From assembly GCA_030669205.1 (NCBI GenBank), contig DAOVEB010000002.1, positions 1-24,000 of the forward strand: a stretch of DNA of 24,000 nt. The letters are read 5' to 3'. The stretch comes from Candidatus Parvarchaeota archaeon (lineage in GTDB: Archaea > Nanobdellota > Nanobdellia > JAFCGN01 > DAOVEB01). Below the pieces are notes generated by a model. It had not been told where the DNA came from. It did not search any database and was given only the letters and a program-made list of their open reading frames with translations. Shown here in pieces: positions 18,118 to 24,000 of the stretch. A program made the translations under genes and the position numbers. Positions within the stretch are counted from its first letter, which is position 1. Each line of letters starts with the position of its first letter.

Positions 18118-18941
18118 TAGAATCCACCTCCCGTGAAAGATACAGAGGTGCTACCGCCGACCCCGTACTTTATTGTGGTTGTGAGTATGCCCACGCTGTC
18201 CCTGACGAAAGCCCCATCTTCATCAACGTATCTGATGACAACTGGCACGCTGGACGTATAGACCGAAGACTTGTCCTCAAGGTAGTCTATGAAATAACTG
18301 TCAAGTGTGTAGAGACCTTCGGGTTCCGGTGCCTTGAAGATGAGAGAGACATCCGCGCCCTGGCCAACAATTGCGAGAGCTATATTCAAAGCTATATCAG
18401 TTATTACGACGGCTGTTGAAATAGCACCTGACCAGAACTTTGTAATCTCCTTCGTTGTCTCGACAAAGAGATGAGCCTCTGTCATGTTCAGCTGAGGACT
18501 TGTGCTCAGACGGTGGTTTTTGAGTCTCCGGTTGTCCTCAAGGTCCCTCAACTCAAAGTCGATGACGTAGAGGCTGTAGGTGGTGTCGCCAACCGCGCTC
18601 CACGGAACCTCGGTTATATCGTTGAAGAAGTAACTCTGGATGCAGCCGAAGTATCTGTCCATGTTGAACTTCCTCTCATCCACCACTCCTGGGTAGACCC
18701 GCCTGATTGTACGGATTTTGTCGTTCGTCTCGTCGTAACTCACAGCGCCTGTCTCATAGGCGAAACAGTCGGCAGATGAATAAGCGCGAGTAGCGAGAGA
18801 ATTGGCGAAGCTCCTGGCATCGGCCCAAGTCGAGATGATGGTGATGTCGCTGAACTTGTAGCTTATAGACAGCACCATGAGTGAAAAGAGCATCATGGCT
18901 AGGGAAGCGTTCACGTATGCCATGATTTCTATCTCTGCCAT
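18117..18941 (-). CDS. Single N-terminal TM protein (274 aa) of the surface cluster, unknown function
   Basis: MAEIEIMAYVNASLAMMLFSLMVLSISYKF, then a soluble domain. 3 nt gap to the upstream gene and 1 nt overlap with the downstream gene. Confidence 0.85.
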   Translation of the reverse strand: MAEIEIMAYVNASLAMMLFSLMVLSISYKFSDITIISTWADARSFANSLATRAYSSADCFAYETGAVSYDETNDKIRTIRRVYPGVVDERKFNMDRYFGCIQSYFFNDITEVPWSAVGDTTYSLYVIDFELRDLEDNRRLKNHRLSTSPQLNMTEAHLFVETTKEITKFWSGAISTAVVITDIALNIALAIVGQGADVSLIFKAPEPEGLYTLDSYFIDYLEDKSSVYTSSVPVVIRYVDEDGAFVRDSVGILTTTIKYGVGGSTSVSFTGGGF

Positions 18942-18944
18942 CCT

Positions 18945-21410
18945 CTAAACCTCACAATAACATACCCCTGGTAAAGGCAAGGTGTTAAAAATAGTATTGC
19001 ACCTAGCCCCTGAGAGTGGTTGCAGATTGCTCATATCTCCCGTGAACTCCAGTTCGAACGGGAAACACCTTCCATTACCATACCCTTCGTTGTTACATAT
19101 CTCAGTGCAACCACTGCATTCGATAAATTCGACAAGACACAAAGGAGGTGGGCAGTCAGTTGGACACTGCCAGCTGTCCTCTCCCTCATCACACACCCCA
19201 TCCCCACACTTATAACTCTCCGTGAGTATGTCGTTCCAGTTCATGAGCACAACTGGCTCGCAGCCATTGTTCATGATCTTGACTTCTGCACCGACCCTAT
19301 CGGCTTTGAGGGAGCATTTATAGTACATCGACTGTAAAAATCCTGGTTTCAGTTCGAGGGACCTCGACTCCAGGGGCATTTCAGGTATTATGGTGTTCAA
19401 CGTGTTGCTCAGCACATCCAGGGGTGATTCCATCCCGGCAAGGCTGAAGATGAAGTCAAGTCCGTCACCGAAGAAAGGTATGTCCACTGTCACAGATGGA
19501 AGGAGGTGTGATGTATGCTTGAACCAGTAGGTGTTGCCGCTCTCCCTGAGCTCCCATAAACTCGGATTAATGTCATAGCCGGTGGCTATAAGCATCTGCT
19601 CCAGCAAATTGGGTTCGACTATCTGACCGTCCTTCAGGGTGTAATCTATGGTGAGATTTTCAAATTGGACATCGACACTGCAACCGATGTCGGCAAAGTC
19701 ATAGCAGAAGAGTTTGAAGTTGCCTTGCTCCTCACCCTCCTCGTTCCTTGCGAAGTGGTTCTCGCACAGCATGCCGTTTTCATAGGAAAAGAACCTCGCA
19801 GGTGTGACGTAAACGTCAAAGGTCTGGTCGCTGCCCTTGCACGCCTTCTTCACATAATCCGCTATCTCCCCAACTCCAATTGGATAATAGCTGTCTCCAT
19901 CGCCGCACAGGGTGTCAAAGGTCTCCTTGTTCTTTGAGAGGACAATTTTCCCATCCGACATCTCCAGCGAAGGCGTCTCGTAATTGCCTCCAAAATAGGA
20001 GAGCTGGTTGCGCAGGAAGCACATGTCCTCCCCATTGACACCATAGCTCTTTACAGCCTTTATCTCGTCCTCGTCAGTGGTGAAGTCGATGGTCACAGCA
20101 CCATATTTGCCGGCGTAGAAGTCGTAGAAGCTGTCCGCGCTGTCCAGGTCAACTTGGAACAATATTTGGTTGCCTGTAAGAAAGTCAACCAGTTCCCACA
20201 GCGGGTCATCTGTCCTGCACGACCTGTAAGCTGCGTAGCCGGTTGCAGTCGTCTGTGCCCAGAGAGGCAGGTCCCTGTAGTACCTCAACTTCGAGGCCCA
20301 GTCAGGCATGGACCTAAAGGGTGTGGCTGCCATCCACTTCACTGGTTTGAACCTGCGAACCCCGTCAGAACCAACATAGGTGTACTCTATATAGCTGTTG
20401 TACTTCCTCAGGTCCTCGGCCTTCACGTGGTTCAGCCAGTCGTCCATATCGAGGTCACCGGTGTGGGTCAGGAAGTAATGGTTCATCCCGTTCTCCATAA
20501 CATCCAGTCTGTCTTCGGCTCTTTTTAGATGGCTATATGATGTAGCATATACCCCCCTGCCGGCACCGGGAACACCGTCTATCATGTCCTTAGTGTGTCT
20601 TGCCATAGCTCCGTTAGGGTCTGCTATTATGTCATCCATTATCGATTTGGCATAGTCATCCGCATCATCGTAGTGATTCTTTAGGAACTTCGAATTATCG
20701 AAGGTAGTATCCCCTCTTCTTATTGCGTCCGCGATAGCACCCTGTGCCTCGTGTCTTGGCCTGCCCACTGCATTCATCGAGACAATATCATCGACCTCCA
20801 TACCTCTCACCATGCCGAGCCTGCTCTTCACATTGGTAACCCAGTCGCTCTTCCTGGCCTTTATATCATCTATCCAGTCCCTCAGCTTACTAAGTCTGCT
20901 CTTCGCCTTTTTTTCTATCAACTCCTCTGTCGCCTCTTGCATCCCTTCGGTAACCATATCTCTTGCCTTATCACCTGCCGTATCCTTAACCTCATTTAAC
21001 AGCGCTTTCTTCGCCTTGCCCGCCACCGCCTTCAAGGTTCCGAAGCTCATGTAGATGCACGCGGTCCTCGGGGTGTAGAGCATGCGCTCGTCCTTTGTAA
21101 AGGTCACAGCAGCGCTGACGTCGTCTATCTCCAGCCCCCCCTCGCACACGAACTTTCCGAGCCTCTGGCTCCAAGAGCATGCATGGGGCCCGCGGTACTC
21201 GACATACGCGTCCTCCGGCAGCGAGTAGAGCAGTGATGTCAAGGCTTCAAGCTCGTTTGTGAAGTGTATTATAGGCATGTTCCTCGCTGTGTAGAAGACG
21301 CCTGTCGTGTTCGCATAGTTTATGGACAGGACGAGAAACGCTCCTGAGAGGAGAAGCGTTCCAATCGTTATGGTGATATATGCCTTCCTGGACAGAACCG
21401 GTCTGGACAT
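18945..21410 (-). CDS. Membrane-anchored protein (821 aa) with a long Cys-free helical insert and C-terminal Cys module
   Basis: MSRPVLSRKAYITITIGTLLLSGAFLVLSINYANTTG, a Lys/Arg/Asp-rich segment without Cys (residues 119-397), then a Cys-containing region with CGDGVCDEGEDSWQCPTDCPP. ATG at 21410. Confidence 0.87.
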   Translation of the reverse strand: MSRPVLSRKAYITITIGTLLLSGAFLVLSINYANTTGVFYTARNMPIIHFTNELEALTSLLYSLPEDAYVEYRGPHACSWSQRLGKFVCEGGLEIDDVSAAVTFTKDERMLYTPRTACIYMSFGTLKAVAGKAKKALLNEVKDTAGDKARDMVTEGMQEATEELIEKKAKSRLSKLRDWIDDIKARKSDWVTNVKSRLGMVRGMEVDDIVSMNAVGRPRHEAQGAIADAIRRGDTTFDNSKFLKNHYDDADDYAKSIMDDIIADPNGAMARHTKDMIDGVPGAGRGVYATSYSHLKRAEDRLDVMENGMNHYFLTHTGDLDMDDWLNHVKAEDLRKYNSYIEYTYVGSDGVRRFKPVKWMAATPFRSMPDWASKLRYYRDLPLWAQTTATGYAAYRSCRTDDPLWELVDFLTGNQILFQVDLDSADSFYDFYAGKYGAVTIDFTTDEDEIKAVKSYGVNGEDMCFLRNQLSYFGGNYETPSLEMSDGKIVLSKNKETFDTLCGDGDSYYPIGVGEIADYVKKACKGSDQTFDVYVTPARFFSYENGMLCENHFARNEEGEEQGNFKLFCYDFADIGCSVDVQFENLTIDYTLKDGQIVEPNLLEQMLIATGYDINPSLWELRESGNTYWFKHTSHLLPSVTVDIPFFGDGLDFIFSLAGMESPLDVLSNTLNTIIPEMPLESRSLELKPGFLQSMYYKCSLKADRVGAEVKIMNNGCEPVVLMNWNDILTESYKCGDGVCDEGEDSWQCPTDCPPPLCLVEFIECSGCTEICNNEGYGNGRCFPFELEFTGDMSNLQPLSGARCNTIFNTLPLPGVCYCEV
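19146..19208 (-). other. CGDxxCxxxExxxxCPxDCPP module (821-aa protein)
   Basis: Encoded CGDGVCDEGEDSWQCPTDCPP. Confidence 0.75.
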
Positions 21411-21454
21411 CGGTCTAATTTAATATTTACATCAATATAAAGTTTAATACAAAT

Positions 21455-21484
21455 ATTATATCTTGTAAAATTATATCTTGTAAA
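21455..21484. repeat. Perfect 15-nt tandem duplication (attatatcttgtaaa x2)
   Basis: Plus strand 21455-21469 and 21470-21484 are identical. They span the stop codon of the 219-aa ORF. Confidence 0.9.
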
Positions 21485-22130
21485 TCGCCAGAAACGGTTC
21501 CAGAGGACCGCCTGTGTCCACCTTTTCAAAGCTCATGCCGCTTATCTCTATATCGGCTCCTTTTGCATAGATGCCGTCCAGCACCTCGTAACCAGGGTCC
21601 ACGTCAACCGCAACAAAGAAGCACTCCACAGGCACACCTATGCAGCACATCGAACCATCCCCAATCTCATAGAGGTCAGTGTTGGCAAGGTCGTTGCAGG
21701 CATTTGACCTGTCAGTCTGGATGTCAGAAAGTGTTGTCATTGCATCTGATACGATATCGTAACCCGGGAAAGACGCTGGGGGCGCAGTCTTTCCCATGCA
21801 GAGGCAGAACCCCCCATCACAGTTCTCGTAGGAGCAGCTGCTCTCAGGTCTGAACTTGTTGTTTTCGTTTAAGGTCTCAAGTGTTGTATCACATGACTCA
21901 CTGCCATAGAGCTGTATTATGAAGTATGTCTGGTAGAGCATGGGTCCAGCCGAACTCCCAGGCTCACTGCTGCAGGCTGTAGACATAGCTCCCCTGCTCG
22001 ACACAAACTTGTCGTATTCGGTGTTGGTGCTGGTAAAGGAGTTGATACAAGTGAAGACAAACATTATGACTATTACGCTGAAGATTATCTGGTACATCGG
22101 GCCAAAAAACGGGATTAGCCCTTTCCTCAT
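21471..22130 (-). CDS. Membrane-anchored Cys-rich protein (219 aa)
   Basis: MRKGLIPFFGPMYQIIFSVIVIMFVFTCINSF, with ENCDGGFCLCMGK. ATGA overlap with the upstream gene. Confidence 0.86.
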   Translation of the reverse strand: MRKGLIPFFGPMYQIIFSVIVIMFVFTCINSFTSTNTEYDKFVSSRGAMSTACSSEPGSSAGPMLYQTYFIIQLYGSESCDTTLETLNENNKFRPESSCSYENCDGGFCLCMGKTAPPASFPGYDIVSDAMTTLSDIQTDRSNACNDLANTDLYEIGDGSMCCIGVPVECFFVAVDVDPGYEVLDGIYAKGADIEISGMSFEKVDTGGPLEPFLAIYKI

Positions 22131-22900
22131 CTTATCACCTCAAAATCCGTCTTTATCACACCCTCTGTGGGATAACCGGTTGCGCCCGATGTTCCAATCT
22201 GGCTGTTCGGCCTGACCCAGAGGAAGAGGTTGTTCTCGCATCCACCAGAGCAGGAACCGTCGTTAACTGTTATGTACGTTCCTTCGCCGATCCTGCCGCA
22301 GTTTATGAGGGTTATGTTCGGACGTCTTTCCCAGGCTCCTGCAAAGAAGGCCGAGCAGAGGGTTGAAAGTGTTGCGGACGGGTCTGCGCTGAGCTTGTAG
22401 ATGACCTTCCTCCTAGCAGACACATTCTCCAGTGATGATTCCAAAATAGGTACCCATGAAGGTGCGGTGCCGGACCAGTTGAGGACGCATGTACGAGAGT
22501 CGCACCTCGGACTGCCATATGGGCTGGGCGAGCATATCTCCAGGTCTTCACAACCGACGTTGTTGAACGTGCCTATGCACAGACAGACGTTTCCAGGGCA
22601 TTCCGAACCCATCTGGCTACCCGGAAGCACGGCGCCGTTGCGGTAGAGCTCCTCTATGAAGGGGGTGCAACCCTGGTCAAAGCGCAGTTGTATGGCGAAC
22701 TGGTCGGGCGCGAGTCTGAACGGCTCAATTGAGGTGGTTCCCCTGTCAATTGCGAGTGCGAACTCTTCTGCAATCTCGTCTGCCCTCGCCTCAACCGAGG
22801 TGCCCAGGATATTGGAGAGGTTGGCAAGTATCGGTGGTATCACAATCATCAGACCAGCTAGCATCAAAAGACCAAATATGGCATAGACAAGATTCACCAC
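22127..22900 (-). CDS. Membrane-anchored Cys-rich protein (257 aa)
   Basis: GTG start; (V/M)VNLVYAIFGLLMLAGLMIVIPPILANLSNILG, with SECPGNVCLCIGT. ATGA overlap with the downstream gene. Confidence 0.86.
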   Translation of the reverse strand: MVNLVYAIFGLLMLAGLMIVIPPILANLSNILGTSVEARADEIAEEFALAIDRGTTSIEPFRLAPDQFAIQLRFDQGCTPFIEELYRNGAVLPGSQMGSECPGNVCLCIGTFNNVGCEDLEICSPSPYGSPRCDSRTCVLNWSGTAPSWVPILESSLENVSARRKVIYKLSADPSATLSTLCSAFFAGAWERRPNITLINCGRIGEGTYITVNDGSCSGGCENNLFLWVRPNSQIGTSGATGYPTEGVIKTDFEVIR

Positions 22901-22914
22901 CTTCTATCATCAGA

Positions 22915-23070
22915 TTAGAAGGGCCACAGATTAAAAAGGTTGCCGGAGGAGTTTGTGGTATCGTTCGCCATCTGGAAAAGCGGAGGGATGAAGAAGAAGA
23001 GCACTATCATGACGAGGAGTGCGATTATGAGTGCGACAACTGTGCCGATTGTGAGGCTGACGGCTCTCAT
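22915..23070 (-). CDS. Small single-TM protein (51 aa)
   Basis: Manual translation: MRAVSLTIGTVVALIIALLVMIVLFFFIPPLFQMANDTTNSSGNLFNLWPF. ATGA overlap with the 47-aa ORF stop. Below the ORF-track length cut-off. Confidence 0.75.
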   Translation of the reverse strand: MRAVSLTIGTVVALIIALLVMIVLFFFIPPLFQMANDTTNSSGNLFNLWPF

Positions 23071-23210
23071 GACGGCACCGTGCTGTTTATGAAGCCGAGT
23101 TGCCTGAGGAAAAAATCGCCTATGAAGAATATCGCGAGGACCAGGATGATGAGCGCGAACACAATTACCACAAGCGTCTCAAGCGACAGGCCGATGGCCC
23201 CCCTTTTCAT
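23067..23210 (-). CDS. Small pilin-like single-TM protein (47 aa)
   Basis: Manual translation: MKRGAIGLSLETLVVIVFALIILVLAIFFIGDFFLRQLGFINSTVPS. Below the ORF-track length cut-off. Confidence 0.75.
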   Translation of the reverse strand: MKRGAIGLSLETLVVIVFALIILVLAIFFIGDFFLRQLGFINSTVPS

Positions 23211-23241
23211 GCGGAATCAAAGGCACGCGGGTTTAATATCC

Positions 23242-23285
23242 CTTACGGTAGGACAATAAAAAAAGAGAGAAAACTAATAAAAAAC
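23242..23285 (-). terminator. Putative T-rich archaeal terminator region after the 129-aa pilin-like gene
   Basis: Reverse complement contains TTTTTTATTAG and CTCTTTTTTTATTG downstream of the stop at 23319. Confidence 0.4.
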
Positions 23286-23318
23286 GCGTTTGGGAGTTTT
23301 TGTTGCCGTTTAGGTTGT

Positions 23319-23708
23319 TTAAATGGCTGTGCAGCAATATACATGGTTGGTTGCGTCGTCCGCGCATGACCCGCCTTTGATTGTTATTATTTCTCCACCT
23401 GAAAGTGAAAAGGCGCAACCGGTTGTTATGTAGTCGCCGCAGTCGGTTGTCGCAGTGTTGCTTGGGTCAGGGTCAGAGCAGAAATTGCTACCCCTCGCTG
23501 CTGCAACCGCTGTTGTCTCTGAAGAGTATATGTTGCTGAGTCCTGTGCAGTATGTCTGACAGTTGACGTACGCGTCAGGAGCAAGTCCGAAGATGCTTCT
23601 GAACATGTTTCCTATTCCTGGGACGAAAACTGCTGCCAAGATTACTAGTACTAAAACTGCTAATGCTCCCAAAACAATTGTGTTTAATGGTAAACCTTGT
23701 GCTTTCAT
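23319..23708 (-). CDS. Pilin-like secreted protein (129 aa), Cys-rich C-terminal domain
   Basis: MKAQGLPLNTIVLGALAVLVLVILAAVFVPG (KA|QGLPLN class III-like signal), then a domain with many Cys (VNCQTYCTGL...NFCSD...TDCGD...TTGCAF...GGSCAD...VYCCTAI). Confidence 0.85.
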   Translation of the reverse strand: MKAQGLPLNTIVLGALAVLVLVILAAVFVPGIGNMFRSIFGLAPDAYVNCQTYCTGLSNIYSSETTAVAAARGSNFCSDPDPSNTATTDCGDYITTGCAFSLSGGEIITIKGGSCADDATNHVYCCTAI

Positions 23709-23731
23709 AATAATATCAGATGGTTGGGGTT

Positions 23732-23743
23732 GTATATAAATTT
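23732..23743 (-). promoter_or_regulatory. Strong TATA box for the 129-aa pilin-like gene
   Basis: Reverse complement AAATTTATATAC centred about 29 nt upstream of the ATG at 23708, implying a leaderless or very short leader mRNA. Confidence 0.5.
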
Positions 23744-23768
23744 AAGGTAAAAAACGGGCCAAAAGCCT

Positions 23769-23900
23769 TTAAAATATGGTCCCGGGGAACGAACTGTTAA
23801 TCATTCCGATAATGGCCGGCGCGCCGAAGAAGATGAGGTAAATCACTATGATGATGATTCCAAGGATTAGGGGGATTATGTACTTGAGCGCGAGGTTCAC
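23769..23900 (-). CDS. Small single-TM protein (43 aa)
   Basis: Manual translation from GTG at 23900: (V/M)NLALKYIIPLILGIIIIVIYLIFFGAPAIIGMINSSFPGTIF. Below the ORF-track length cut-off. Confidence 0.6.
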   Translation of the reverse strand: MNLALKYIIPLILGIIIIVIYLIFFGAPAIIGMINSSFPGTIF

Positions 23901-23907
23901 AGCGCCC

Positions 23908-24000
23908 CTAGAACTGAAAGGTAAAAATCTTGGCAATCTGACCAATTATCGACTCACCTCTCTGGTTGAGGAAATCTATCACGAAGAGGAATGCGACGAG
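23908..24000 (-). CDS. C-terminal end of a further gene entering from the right edge
   Basis: Open frame LVAFLFVIDFLNQRGESIIGQIAKIFTFQF followed by TAG at 23908-23910. 7 nt upstream of the 43-aa ORF start. Confidence 0.55.
   Translation of the reverse strand, partial: LVAFLFVIDFLNQRGESIIGQIAKIFTFQF

Noticed and set aside
23233-23418. 61-aa minus-strand ORF MRLFTFRWRNNN...
   Set aside because: Overlaps the end of the 129-aa pilin-like gene in another frame and runs through the T-rich terminator region.
8475-23708. Provirus interpretation of the cluster (tail-fibre-like giants plus small membrane proteins)
   Set aside because: No capsid, terminase, portal, integrase or replication proteins recognised; the content is uniformly exported or Cys-rich, which fits a cell-surface system better.
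1-24000. CRISPR array, tRNA/rRNA genes, transposon or integrase
   Set aside because: No regularly spaced 20-40-nt repeats, no recognisable cloverleaf or rRNA sequence, and no transposase or integrase-like ORF on either strand by inspection.

Overview
All convincing genes in this archaeal window lie on the minus strand; from its small, diverse secretome and short membrane proteins it looks DPANN-like, but that is inference. The right-to-left order is: (i) about 19.7 kb (roughly 4.3-24.0 kb) of tightly packed, often translationally coupled genes for membrane-anchored or secreted, mostly cysteine-rich proteins. These are giant ORFs of 2115, 1082, 937 and 821 aa, mid-size proteins of 302, 274, 257, 219, 139 and 129 aa, and at least three tiny single-TM proteins (43, 47, 51 aa) that the ORF track misses. 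(ii) Housekeeping genes: 2x[4Fe-4S] ferredoxin, Alba, long FKBP-type PPIase, FtsZ, SecE, Spt5/NusG and ribosomal protein L11 with an unusual Glu/Ala-rich tail. (iii) The 5' end of another secreted protein (177 codons in the window) with a DNDCDG metal-binding-like motif. The best candidate for an undescribed system is the large cluster. Several members start with short basic N-termini ending in Ala directly before a hydrophobic helix (RA|QTNLI, KA|QGLPLN, GA|ITFIE, GA|IGLSLE, RA|VSLTI, KA|YITIT), resembling class III (prepilin-like) signals. They are combined with giant disulfide-rich exoproteins, which suggests a pilus/pseudopilus-like or surface adhesion apparatus. No database search was possible; functional claims are inference unless stated otherwise.
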